Assembly: GCF_018977255.1 (NCBI RefSeq)
Contig: NW_024704743.1
Coordinates: 34,040,001-34,104,000 of the forward strand
DNA: 64,000 nt
Direction: 5' to 3'
Source of the DNA: Callorhinchus milii
Lineage: Eukaryota
Shown: positions 1-12,333 of the stretch, one piece after another
How positions within the stretch are numbered: position 1 is the first letter of the stretch
How the letters are laid out: each line of letters opens with the position of its first letter
Program-made: the position numbers and the translations under genes
The notes under the pieces: model-generated
Databases searched by the model: none
Told to the model about the DNA's origin: nothing
What the model saw: the letters and a program-made list of their open reading frames with translations, nothing else

Positions 1-1049
1 CCTGCCACTTTTAGGAAAAGAGAATATTCATAAGATTGTTAAATCCTTGACTTAACCTTTTGAAGTGCCGGAGATAATCCTCTTGTGAGCTGGCTGTAGT
101 TTACACTCACCTAATGTTTTGTTTTGATTATTTTTTCTCTGAAACTAAGGATTTGTGAGAAGCTGCATTTTCTGCCACAGTGAAATGGTGCCAATGATTT
201 GAAATTATAGTCTATGTGAATTGAAGAAAATGATGGTTGTTAAAGTCACACACTGCTCCAAAGCCTCACAATACACCAACAATGAGCTGCCCCATTCATA
301 CTGTATTGTCATTTATCTGCAAAATACAGTCACTATACAGTAAATCCTGAGAAGGGCTTTGAGGATGTTTTACTAATGTGAAAGGCGCTATGTCAAAGGA
401 TATGTAATATAGCCATGTGAATCACCACCAATTCAGATTCAAATGTGTGTAAAAACTGCTATAAAAAATATTATCACCTTGGAATCGAATTGGGAAAACC
501 TTTGTGTAACGTAAACATTTGTGAAGCTCTATTTTGTTATACAAAATATCAGTGTTGCAAATAGTATCATTGTGCTACTGGAGCGAGATGCTGATATATG
601 CAGCATATTTGTGTGGGTATTTTCACCTTCCTCTGCAAAATGGCAGTGATTTCCCCCTTTAACTATTTATTACCAATCTATTCCTCAGCATATCCTGAGT
701 TTGCAAAGTTGCCACAGATGGGGGGAAAAAATCTAGAGAGCTTTTTGTAATAAAAGATTAGAATTAAGGAGCTTTTATTTCAGCTTCAGGAGGAAAAGGA
801 ATACATGACCATAAAAGTTTTTAACTTTCACAGTAACCACGCAATGGTGAATTTTTCGAAGCAACGCAAGGATGAAAAAGACAAAATGACTCACAACTCC
901 ACAAATGCTGTTACTGCATCAAATCCAGCAACGCATCAGTAAGACCCTCAGTAAACTCGTGCCATGCAGGGTCAGCCTGTTGGTGTCAGTCACTCTATAG
1001 CAAGAGCTACATTTAGGTCGGTCTTGTGATCTAATAACTCAACAAGAAC

Positions 1050-1330
1050 ATCAACAACAATTTTCACTTGTGTAGCACCATTCATGAAGAGGAAGCATCT
1101 CAAAGTGCTTTACAAAGCCGGAGTCTGGGATAGGGAGACAGGAGCTGGTCAAAGGCATAGTCAAAGAGATAGATCTTTAGCAGAGCAGAAGGGGGGGAGG
1201 TGGAAGGATCTCAGAAGAGAGTTCCAGAGCACAAGGCAAAGTAGCTGAAAGCTTTCGCAGCAATGAAGGAAATCAAGCGGCAAAAAACAGGCCACAATTT
1301 GCAGATTGGAGGGAGTAGGACTAGGGTTTT
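1050..1330 (-). mobile_element. Old L2-type LINE 3' end fragment
   Basis: Reverse-strand L2-like tail (aacaacaa...cttgtgtagcacc...aaagtgcttt) followed by purine-rich ggtcaaag...gagttccagagc, like the other L2 3' ends in the window. Confidence 0.5.
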
Positions 1331-1814
1331 CAAGATTGATTGACTTTAAGATCCTCATTTTCCAATGGATTTTAGTGTCAAAATGGAAGAGAAGCTTGTG
1401 AAACCTGTTGAGTTGACTTAAGGGTCAATAACGTGCAGACATCTCTAACACTTAGACCACTGTAATACTCAAGTTACCTGTGTGTTAGTTTTATTTAGCA
1501 CCAGGCTTTGGAAAGATAACAGTGTTATCACCATTTTTCATGGAAGAGAAGTAACACTGTGTGCAAAGGCATTTCTATTCCTGGAACACGGCTATTACCC
1601 TTATACAAAAGGAACTGCAGCACTCACTGGTTTTATACGTATGGTGGAGGAAGAAGGGTATGGAAACATGCCATTGAGAAGATTTTCTTTGTCAGTCCGG
1701 TGTCTGACACAAATGGAAACCCATCAGAGTTTCCAAACCAGACTGAGAGTAACGCATATGAATACCACCTATTGTAGCAACAAGAATAACTTGCTTATCG
1801 TAGATATCCATTAA

Positions 1815-2140
1815 GCAAGATAATGTCTTGGAACACTGTATAGGGGCTGGTTCAACATCAAGAAAGGGGAGAGGGAGGTGACCTTAGGTGCGGTCAAATA
1901 GGTAGGTCTTAAGGTGAAATTTAAAGTTATGTAAAGAGGGGGTAAGGTAGATAGATTGAGGCAGGGAGCTCTAGAGGTTAGGGGTTGAGTGGCTGAAGGC
2001 ATTGCCAGCAATAGTGACAAGGAAGGGGCAGGAGACTCACATCACGTCTGAGTTAGCTGAACGAAAGGGGTGGGCAGAGGAATGTCGTAACTGGGGTAAC
2101 GCAACAGTTGCCTATCTGCTAAATGCTCCAGTAAGCTGTC
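1815..2140 (-). mobile_element. L2-type LINE 3' fragment
   Basis: gcggtcaaatagg..ggtcttaagg, gagctctagagg; similar to the reverse complement of the L2 end at 31460-32162. Confidence 0.5.
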
Positions 2141-2264
2141 AGCCACACACAAGGCAAGCAAATGCAATGCAAGCAGGTTGTACAGCCAATTATTTAAAGG
2201 ACACCTCAATTCTATGACTATTTGAATGAGGTGGAGCAATAGAGAGAACTCCTGCAGCATCATT

Positions 2265-3123
2265 GGGGGCTCATATAAGTAAATTTTTGAAGGTGGCAGG
2301 ACAGGTAGATAAAGCTGTTAAAAAAAGCATATGGGATACTAGGCTTTATAAATAGGGGTATACAATAAAAAAGTCAGGAAGTTATGGTGAACCTTTATAA
2401 AATGCTGGTTAGGCCTCAGTTGGAGTACTGCGTTCAGTTCTGGGCACCAAACTTTAGAAAGGATGTCAAGGCAGTGGAGAGGGTGCAAAGGAGTTTTACC
2501 AGGATGGTACCTGGAATGAGGGACTTCAGTTATCAGGAGAGGCTAGAGAAGCTAGCATTATTCTCCTCGGAGCAGAGAAGGTTAAGAGGTGAACAAGGAG
2601 AAACTATTTCCATTGGGGGGGGATGGGTCAGTAACCTGAGGACACCAATTTAAAATAATTGTTGAAAGAAACAGAGGGGAGGTGAGAAGAATTTTTTTCA
2701 CACAGCGAGTTGTTCGGATCTGGAATGCATTGCCTGAAAGGGTGGTGGAAGCCGACTCGATAACAATTTTTAAGAGAGAAGTAGATAATTATTTGGGGAG
2801 GACAAGTTTGCAGGGCTATAATAATAATCCTTGCATTTGATATAGTGCTTTTTACGTCGAGAGGATGTCCTGAAGCGCTTCACAGAACACACTGTAAAGT
2901 GAATTGACTGTATATTTGTGGGCGAACGCGGCAGCCAATTGCGCACAGCAATGTCCCACAAACAGCCGTAGATTGAAAATGACCAATTTATTATTGGTCC
3001 AATTTACTATGGGGAAAGAGCGAGGGAGTGGAATTGATTTGGATAGCTCTTTTCAAAGAGCTGGGACAGACACAATGGGCCGAATGGCCTCCTTCTGTGC
3101 TGTATAATTCTATGATTCTATGA
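2265..3123 (+). mobile_element. CR1 LINE 3' end (ORF2 C-terminus plus 3' UTR), internally deleted, interrupted by a SINE
   Basis: ORF 2384-2653 LYKMLVRPQLEYCVQFWAP...VERVQR.FTRMVPG...SYQERLEKL..FS.EQRRLRG is a typical CR1 C-terminus; ends in the ATTCTATG ATTCTATG tail. Confidence 0.9.
2820..3006 (-). mobile_element. 5'-truncated tRNA/L2-tail SINE nested in CR1
   Basis: Matches the 3' half of the SINE at 56214-56535; CTAT on both sides (2816-2819, 3007-3010). Confidence 0.8.
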
Positions 3124-4937
3124 TCAGACCAATGCTATCATCTTAGAGCCTAGCATTGTCCTTGTGTTCATAATCAAAACAAACAGAACTAGGTTCAAAA
3201 AAGAGATTTCTCCAGCAGCAATCTCTGAAGATCACACCCTATTCCATATGTGCATACATTATTTTTCTCAAGGTACAAGATGAGTCACAATAAAACCAAA
3301 TTCCTCTGTCCATTCCGCCAGGCATGTGGAATGGATGCCAAAATCTCACCTTGTCTGTAATACTTGCAATGTGAAACACACTGTATAAATGTAGATTTGG
3401 ATTGTATTTTGCTCTAAAATTTAAGATCACGTAGAATTGGGGATGAGAGTGTTACCAACTAAACCAGGCTGACACATAATTGTACCTAGAGGGATTATTG
3501 GCCAGAAACTCTCTTCCCATTCTGAATAGTTTCAATCCAGGTCATATCCTCATCCTAGTAAGGTAAGAAGAGGAAGATATTTCCCAAGTGTAGATCTGCT
3601 GTGCATTTTTGCTCAAATGCAAGGATTATTATACACACAGTGGCTGTTTTCTGAAGACTCAGACATTATTTTTTAATAACATGAGGACTAAATATTCAGG
3701 ACTTCCTAATCGTGTTCAATTAATTACCACATACAGCTTATGTTGTTCAAGGATGAAACAAATGAAGAATTTGATGTAGCATGGGACAAATACTTAAGGG
3801 AACAGCTCTGTCTTAGCTAACCAGAAAGACAGTACAGAAATAATGCATGTTCAATTATATGAGCAATTTCTTTCTAAATTGTTTGCTGTTTTCGACACAG
3901 TATGTCCCTGACAGTGTATCCCTGACAGTGCTCCAAGGGTTGCACAGCAAATTGGTGCATTCTGTTAACTTTCTGCCACTCTACATTCAAATTTATACAT
4001 GAAACTAAATCCTCATGTCACTGCGGACCCAGATTTAGGACAGGCTGCTGGAGAAACATGCATGTCTACATCTTCCAACCATCATTTTAATGCCTAGCAA
4101 TTTGGGGCCAGCTAGATGGGGATCGCAAGTGGTATTTATGTGACCATCAATTTATTAAAATTGTTCTAATGTGAAATACAACAATAACTTTGTAGGCAGG
4201 AATTGTTGTGTGAGAATCGGCTGCCGCATTTGCCTACAAAATACACAGTCACTACACTTTACAGTATATCCCATGAAGAGCTTTGAGACATGTCCTCACA
4301 TGAAAGGTGCTGTATCAAATGTAAGATTATTATATATCACAATTTAAGGTTTAGAATAACTTGTACTTATATTGCACCTTTCACATGGGATGATTATCTT
4401 GAGGAATTTTACAAAGTCAAATACGAAACACAGGGCAGAGAAGAGAGGAAGGAGAGGAAGGAGACAGTGACCAAAAATATAAAATGTGCTTCCTTATTGG
4501 CTGCAGAATGGGCGGTACATAAAGCGCCCACCACATTTCACCAAGATCGGATGCAGTATTTCTGGTAGCAGCTTTATTCTTGAACTCAAGCACATCACAG
4601 TGTTAAATGTTAACATGTTAAAGAATATGAATACAGGTGGTGTTTAATCAAGTGTGACACAGAATGCGGAGGAGAGGGGGAAAGGGAGAAGAAAGAACGG
4701 ATGGTACTGTATGTGGTAGGGAAGGAAAGGTCTAGTACTATGGGAAGAGGGAGGGAAATGGGCTGGTGCTGTTTATGTGTGTGTGGAAAGAGGGGGCTTT
4801 TATTACCAACTGTTTCTAGTTCCAAATCTTCGAGTACATCAAAATAATAATAATCCTGGCATTTCATATTTCATATCAGGAAGACATCTCAAAGCACTTT
4901 AGAGAATTTACTGTAAAGTGCAGGGACTGCGTGTCCT

Positions 4938-5328
4938 GGAGTCCCGTAGCTTAGTGGTTAGAGCACTGCCTTGCATGCGAGAGACCTGGGTTTGATTCCT
5001 GTGCGGCGAGAAATATTGAGTAAGTTTCCTTACCTCACATGCCTCTGTTTACCTTGCAGTAAGTAGGAACCCGGTTGTTGGTCGATTTTCGGATCACTTT
5101 TCCATGGGTAATAATTCCTTCCAAAAAGTAAATAAATAGATAATAATAATTTGGTCACTCAATTCATGACTGTTTATGCACACTGTTGTGCATAATTGGC
5201 TGCCACGTTTCACCCACAAAATATACAGTTCATTGACTTTACAGTATATTCTGTGAAGCACTTTGAAATATCTCAAAGACATGATAAGGCGCTATATTAA
5301 ATGCAAAGGATTATTTTTTATTACTATT
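4938..5328 (+). mobile_element. Full-length tRNA-derived SINE (long form)
   Basis: A box TAGCTTAGTGG, B box GGTTTGATTCC, shared body and (ATT)n-like tail. Confidence 0.85.
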
Positions 5329-8300
5329 GTAAGCGAACATTTAATATTTGTTTATTAAAAAATTGTGAAGCACGAAGTGTGTCAGTAGATTTTGTTTCAT
5401 TCTCGCATTTTATTGTACGGTCTATGGAGGAATCATTTCAGAAGTAACCCATAACCCTGACTAAATTACTGAAAATCTGCCATTCACATTTGCAATATCT
5501 TTCCAATGTTCACAAACTATCAGATAAAGTGACTTGACACTGCACCTGTCACTTTCCTTTTGTTTCAATGATTAAAATGAAATCCTGTGGACTGGAAGGA
5601 AAATCAATATAAAACTCGAATTTTGTTTCTTTGAAGGCTGTTTAAATAAAACATAAACCAGTCGTGCATGGGCAATTCTAGTCACATCAATACAAATAAT
5701 GTGGATCTAGAGATGACAGGTGAGAAGATTAGGACATAAAATAAGTCTGATTTAATCAATTATTTGGTCAACAAAGGTTCTGTTCATTTAACTTCAGAAG
5801 TGAACTCTGTTTTCTTCAAGGTCCTCACCTCTAAATCCCTCCACACCCTAGCCCCTCCCTAGCTCTCTATAAATCCCTCCACGTACTAGCAACTCCCTAT
5901 CTCTGTATCCGTTTTCAAACCCAGCTGTCTGTTCACCCCCTCTCCAGCTACCTGAAGTTGCCTCAAGCCCCCTCCACGCTACCATCCCACCCTCCACTCT
6001 TCTATCTCAACCTTCTCCAGTCATCCCTAAATCCTGCCGTCCTCCCCACCCTCCTGCCTCACTCAGGGTCTGACTCCGTTTTTGTAAAGTACTCCGGGAC
6101 ATTATCTTACATGAATGTAAATGGAAGTTGCTATTGGCCTGACTCCCAAGCCTGGATCATATGCACTTCAATACAGCGGAGATCTGATGTGTGACACATT
6201 CTACTCAGAAGTGGCTATGAGGGATTGGCTGGCTGGTTGGCCGGCTGAATGATTGCCCCCATTGGGGCACTCCCTGCCTCCTCAACTGGGATCTGGTTAA
6301 AAAGCAATTAGACTAAGGAGAAAAATTCAAAACCAGTGAAGCTCATTTAAACCTCAAGCCATTAAAAGAAATAGGGTAATTTCATATGAAGGAAAATAGA
6401 AACTGTATTTGAAATACAAAGGCCATTGAGGCAAATAACACTGTATAATGATGTTCAAGAAACTACTGGTGTAGTAAAATTCTACCTAGTTCTAGATTTC
6501 TATTAAAAAAGCACATACAGAGGCACACCCACAAACACACAGAGGTGAGAGAGACACAGACATACTCACACAGACACTCACAAACAGAAAGAGACACATG
6601 CACACGTAGACAGACAGACGCTTATAAATAATAATAATAATAATAATATACACAGACAATCACACACACAGACACACAGACAATCACAACAACCGGGCTT
6701 CCGAGTGAAGGCCATTTGCTGCTTGCCGTTTGTAGCGGAGGGGGGTGTTTGTAGCAGAGTAGGGGGTTTGTAGCGGAGGAGGGTTTTGCAGCTAATTCCG
6801 CGGAAAAAGTGCCGCCGCATTTTTCTATTAGCCCAGCTGGTAGCTTGGAGCTTCACCAAGTGTTTACTCTCTAGAGTAAAACAGTAGAATTTGCCTAAGT
6901 GGCCTTCCTTGGAAACGTATTTCAGATACAGTTTCCATTGTCTCTCTTTGAGAGCTGTGGGATGTAAGTGCTCTGAAATGCTACCCTGCATGAAGGGCAT
7001 TATATACATGCAAGCTATTGTTGTTGTTGATTCATGTGAATATTGCCTGGTTCATAGAACCATAGAAATTTACAGCACAGAAGAAGCACAGAAGAAGATC
7101 TAATGGCCTTAGATATAATGATCTAAGGCCATTAGATCGAGTGTATCTCTGCTGGCTCTTTTAAAGAGCAATCCTTTCAGTCCTGTTTACCTGCCTTTCC
7201 CTATACCCCTGGAATATAAATGCAAGTTGTTGAAGCTGTTGTTGTAATGTATTGCTTTGTTAATTGGTCTCAACAGTTCCATTGCACTGTTTTCCGTACC
7301 ATTCTGTTACACTTCCAGTGTGCTACAATTAAAGTCTATGGATGTAGTTTGAATGACAAAGCAATCCTTGGCTCAATACTGTGCTGATCTTATAGTGGAT
7401 CTGTGTTGCTACAGCTGCAGTCTTCACTCCTCTTTATCCCTATTTATTCAACCACTGAACGCAACAAATCTGATCTGATAGAATTACATCCCTTTGAAAG
7501 TGAAGCACGATACATTGAATTGCTCTGTTCCATTTTTCAAACCTTATAATACTGAAATCATGAAGGCTGCCAAAATAATACAAGTGATCACAGATCAAGT
7601 TAGATACATATTTCCACATATAATATGCAGGATTTAGTTCCTCTTATCACCAACATTACATCATTACTAAAGAGTCTCAGCATTTACAGTCACCTGCTCT
7701 ATAGCAATTGTTCACTGGGTAGTTACTCTCCTTTTAAATCCTCCTTTATATTAAATTTACCACACTTCTATTCTTTCACATTAAAACAATGCTTTGGTTT
7801 GATCTCGCTTCTAGTCCCCTCCTTCTAATGCTGCCGCTGATGTTCTTTGTAACAGAGTTTTACAACAATTCACTCAGTGTCCTGGCCACCAATTCTCCAG
7901 CTAAAATGGATCATTCACTTTATGTTTGTTTTTGCTGTGTGCTGTGTTGCTGTGTGCAAATTAGCTGCTACAAAATACTACACTTTACAGTAAATCCGGT
8001 GAACCACTTTGAGAGGTCCTCCCGATGTGAAAGGTCTAAGTCAAATGCAAGGAATATTATTATTTACAGTAAATTATTTCAAGCTCTTTGCAATGTTTTG
8101 ACGATGTTTTCATATGCAAGGATCATTAAATATCTATTTATTTAAGGGGCTGCCCGGTATTGCATAGGAGTACAACCAGGCTTAAATGAAAATGAGTGGA
8201 TAAGCAATGAAGAGTGACACCACAGATTAGACATTATAGGTTAACAAAAAGCTAAATGGGACACATGATATATATGAACTTAGAATCAGGAAAGGGCCAT

Positions 8301-8550
8301 CCTGGCATGGTAATATCTAGAGTTTATTTATAGAGGGTCATCAAGGACTTTGTCCTACATACAGTGTTTACTTAGTAAACAAACGCTTGTGGTATTCTTG
8401 CTTCATGACTATTGTGATCACATTTTACGATCACGTTTCAAAACAAAAATCAGATCACTATAATGGCTCCACTAAAACTCTCCCCTGGTCCCACTTTGAG
8501 GTTACCAGGTCACCACAATGTAACTTTCAACATTCTGCATGACTAACTTG

Positions 8551-8803
8551 CCTCCTGCACATCTGGCTACCCTCCTGCACATCTGGCTAGCCTCCTGCAA
8601 GACTGGCTAACCTCCTGCACATCTGGATAGCTTCCTTCACATCTGGCTAGCCTCCTTCACATCTGGCTAGTCTCCTGCACGACTGGCTAGCCTCGTGCAT
8701 GACTGGCCAGCCTCGCGCATTGACTGGCTAGTATCCTACACATCTGGCTAGCCTCCTGCACATCTGGCTAGCCTCCTGCACATCTGACTAGCCTTCTGCA
8801 TGA
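8551..8803. repeat. 20-bp minisatellite, ~12.5 copies (CCTCCTGCACATCTGGCTAG)
   Basis: Unit read directly; runs into an L2-like tail (tgcatgaagggcgctaaataaatgcaagttg). Confidence 0.95.
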
Positions 8804-8899
8804 AGGGCGCTAAATAAATGCAAGTTGTTCTTGTAGGGTGTGCCAAGGTGCTGGGCAGTCAAGGGCTTGCACCTGAGCTGCAACCTGGAGTTAAATGGG

Positions 8900-9545
8900 G
8901 TGGAGGGTAAGAGGGTAGTGGTGGGAAGATGACCAAAGGTGCGGTCAAAGATGAAGGTCTTGAGATGAGCCTTGAAGGAGGAAAGGGAGCGGGAAGGCGG
9001 AGGGGTTCCAGGATGGAGTTCTAGAGGGCAGGTGTGGAAAGATTAAAACCCTGAACTCCGATGGTGGAGTAGGTAGGGGATGTGAAGCAGCACCTGCCAA
9101 GTGGAGGGAGCGGAGAAGTTGATAAGGTTTTTAGAGGTCACAGAGGTAGGGCGGAGCAACACCATAGAGGGCTTTAAAGGTGAGGACAAGGATCTTAAAC
9201 AATCCTCTGGGGGATGGGAAGCCAGTGGAGCTGGGCGAGGATGGGGGTGATCAGTTCACGGGACTTACTGCAGGAGAGGACACAAGCTGCAGAGTTAAGA
9301 ATAATCTGCAGCTTATGGAGGGTGGAGTTGGGAAGTCCAGCGAGCAAGAAGTTGGCACAGTCAAGCCTGGATGTTACAAAAGCATGAATGAGAATCTCAG
9401 CGGCCTGAGAGGAGAGGTAGTGTCAGAGACAGGTAATGTTGTGGGATGGGGGAAAGCTGAACGGGTAATGGCACGGGTGTAGGGTTTAGAAGACAGTTGA
9501 GGGTTGAACAAGGCTCCAAGGTTCATTACTGGGTAGGTGAGAGGG
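8900..9545 (-). mobile_element. L2 LINE ORF2 C-terminal fragment
   Basis: Minus ORF 9374-9556 V.NLGALFNPQLS..P...AITRSAF.H; homologous to 31460-32162 and 34360-34895. Confidence 0.8.
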
Positions 9546-9555
9546 CAGAATTGCA

Positions 9556-9778
9556 CTTAGCCCACATCAACCAATTCACTGCAGGGAACCCACTAAGCTG
9601 ATCGTAATCCCTCACCCCCTCCCTGACCTGTCGATTTGTCCCTGACCTCTACCACAAAGAGTACTAGGGTAAAGCCACGGCATTTCAGTGATGGATGAAT
9701 GCCAGGTCTGAGTGCTAACGAGTCATGTTTGATTTGTACCTATTTCAATACTAGTTAAAAAAAATTGTTTCAATACTC
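9556..9778 (+). repeat. Left arm of ~225-bp inverted repeat pair (partner 16776-17001)
   Basis: Starts CTTAGCCCACATCAACCAATT, identical to the reverse complement of 16981-17001; similarity continues to tgtttcaatactc. Confidence 0.85.
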
Positions 9779-10206
9779 TAGTATTGAAGTAGTATTGAAC
9801 ACTGATATTGAACTGGTAAAAAAAACCTGTTTCAAGTATGTGATGATGAAAGGATACATGTGCTCCAGAGCATAATTTAACGAGAGTGCCAGCAATTCTC
9901 ACATGCATTCAGAGCGGGAATGCAAAACAATCCTTGAAGGCAACGTTTACTGTTAGACAAAACGTTTTCCAAAGGTTGATTCCAACTAAGTATGTTAGGA
10001 TGCTTTGAATTTTAGATGATGTAACATAAAATCATGCATATACCATCATAAAGTCATCTTACTGCTGATGCTTCATAAATATTAGAGCCACATCTGTGAA
10101 TAAGTTCCCACCCTTGTTAACAACAACATCAACACCAATTTGCACTTATCTAGGGGCTTCTCACGGGTAGTGTCTTGGAGCATTTAAAGCAATGAAATTC
10201 ACGTTG

Positions 10207-10895
10207 TGTTGGGATATAGGGATTCTCCTATAATCATTTAGAATAGAACAAGATTTTTTTAATATCCATTCTTTTAAGATATGTTTAATTAAAATATTGT
10301 ATTAACAGGTCAAAATGGCCACCAAATTAGCTTTCTTACTAACGGAATGTGGCACAGGCTGGAACCACTGTACCAGTTACCTCTCCTCTCTCCAGATGGA
10401 CATTGCTAAGTGTTATTGCAACCTTGGGTACCAGCTAGACATGGAGAGAAAAGGTCAACAAGACATCATGTGTTCGGCCTAGGAAGATAAGAAGTAGACT
10501 TATAGACAAGACAATGGAGACTCAACTTTTCAACACCGGTCAGGCTGGCGTCCAGCCAATGTTTGATTAGGGTGAGTACGTGCAGGATAAGTTGTGAGAG
10601 GGAAAAGGGTATCTGACTAGAGTCCAGAAAAAGGGTATAATTAGTGAAGAGAGAGAGAGAGAAGTCAGTTAGTCCCGGCTGGCAGGAGGGGAGCGAGGGA
10701 ATTACACCAGCGAAACCAGGGCAAGCGCGTGACGACAGCCAAGAAATTTTTCTTCCACTTTTGTTCTACGCGGATTAACCAGTATATGCTCTTCTTTACA
10801 TACTATTAAGTTCACTGTCTTATAATAAAAGAATTATTGCACCATCTTGGATTGTCGGGTCATATTTCGAACTCTAGAGATCAGAAATCCCAACA
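10207..10895 (+). repeat. 5' LTR (689 bp)
   Basis: 9-bp terminal inverted repeat TGTTGGGAT...ATCCCAACA; CCAAT 10556, TATAA 10636, AATAAA 10824; PBS 3 nt downstream. Confidence 0.9.
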
Positions 10896-10898
10896 AAT

Positions 10899-10916
10899 TG
10901 GCGACCACGAAGGGAC
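10899..10916 (+). other. Primer-binding site complementary to tRNA-Arg(TCG)
   Basis: TGGCGACCACGAAGGGAC; reverse complement GTCCCTTCGTGGTCG-CCA matches the 3' end of a vertebrate tRNA-Arg(TCG) as I recall it. Confidence 0.85.
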
Positions 10917-11037
10917 CCGACAAGCAATAAGGCTTTTTCTTATTCGACGTGATAGACAAATGCAACCACATATAGTAGCACACTGAGTGGATCACGCCTT
11001 TGTGTTTATTGGTACCTCGGGTATTCCTGTTGTTTAG

Positions 11038-12333
11038 ATGACTGACGAGAGAGAGCAAAAATTGAAAGATAGTTTTCAACAATGGCTGAATAAATATGAG
11101 GCGAAAATATGTAAGAAAACAGGCCTAAAACTAGAGGACATACTTGAGGAAACGAGCCAGAAAAATGGTATAGAATGGTTAGAGGAAGAAGTGTCAGCCG
11201 ATAACATCAAAGTTGGGGGAAAAAGATGTAGACATTTTTTTAAATACTGGATGTTGAGGGAATACAAATGTAAAGCCTTTGAGTTAAAACAACTACAAAA
11301 CTGCAAGGATACGGAAATAGAGGATCTGAAAACTAAGACAGAACAGCTCGGAGAGGTGATGACAGAAATACAAAAGGGCTTAAAGAGCACTTTGTCAGAC
11401 AAAAAGGATACAGAAGAAGAATCATGGAGCATAGAATGAGTATGTGAGGACCAGGAAAGAAAGATAATAGAGCTAACCCCCACCCTACACATAATGCAAG
11501 GCGAAATCAGCCGAGCTAAGCTGGAGAGAGAGCAGCATGAAGAAAGGAGAATAGCGCTGCAGCATATTCAGAAGAAGTGTGAGGTTATGAGCATCCAGTT
11601 GAATGCGGCCAAGAAAGCAGTTGACACCTTAATTAACCGACCTTCAGCCACTGAGACAGACCACACTCAGTGTGGGAGAGAAATAGAGAAATTGAAGGAA
11701 ATGCTGATGGGCAAGCAGGCGATGGTATGCACCATTACGACAGAGGGAATGATGTGGGATAATTGAAATGTCAAAACAGGCATAGATAAAGTAGATAAAA
11801 TATATTCGGATATGTGTGAGGAAGAATTAGGAAAGTCAGTAGCGGTCATCACTACCACTCGGAGCCAGGTTCACCCAATGCAGACGAGGAGTCAGGTGTT
11901 TGATGGGGAAGATCAGCAAGAGAAGACTTCGAGACACATAGTCGGGCGCTAAAACCCGAGGAGGTAGCGGCTTATATGAAAGGGTTCGGCACGATCACAG
12001 AACAAACTTGTCCCATTGAGTTGAATCAACAATACGATCTGTTTAGAGACTGTCACCCTGAATTGGAGGAAAAAGACCTTAAAAGGATACTGTTATGCGC
12101 GATCGAATTGAAAGTACGAAAGTGCTTGCCGCGGAATAGTTTGAAGCCAGAAGTAGGTGATGTGGCGTTTTTAAGGGCGGTTAAGATCACGCTAACAAAA
12201 GGGAAAGCATGGAACATAAGCCAGGCATATGGGAAGGCAGTGCAGGCAGGAGACGAAAGCCCAGAAGAGTTTCATGAAAGGCTAGAGGAACTGTTTAAAC
12301 AGTTACAAACAGAAGAAGTGAGCTCAGAAGATG
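11038..12333 (+). pseudogene. gag: Disrupted gag (long coiled-coil N-terminal half, capsid MHR-like motif), C-terminus deleted
   Basis: ORFs 11038 and 11494 share a frame across TGA 11437; second TGA 11764; frameshift near 11940; AVQAGDESPEEFHERLEELF resembles the major homology region. Confidence 0.75.

Noticed and set aside
1..800. Possible 3' UTR of an upstream gene (AATAAA 749-754; MYLIP precedes GMPR in human)
   Set aside because: No coding exon or other positive evidence in the window; synteny alone is not enough
1482..1814. 110-aa ORF as a host gene
   Set aside because: No recognisable motif, non-ATG start, and its 3' part overlaps the multi-hairpin repeat
8551..8803. CRISPR-like array
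   Set aside because: Contiguous tandem units with no unique spacers, eukaryotic context
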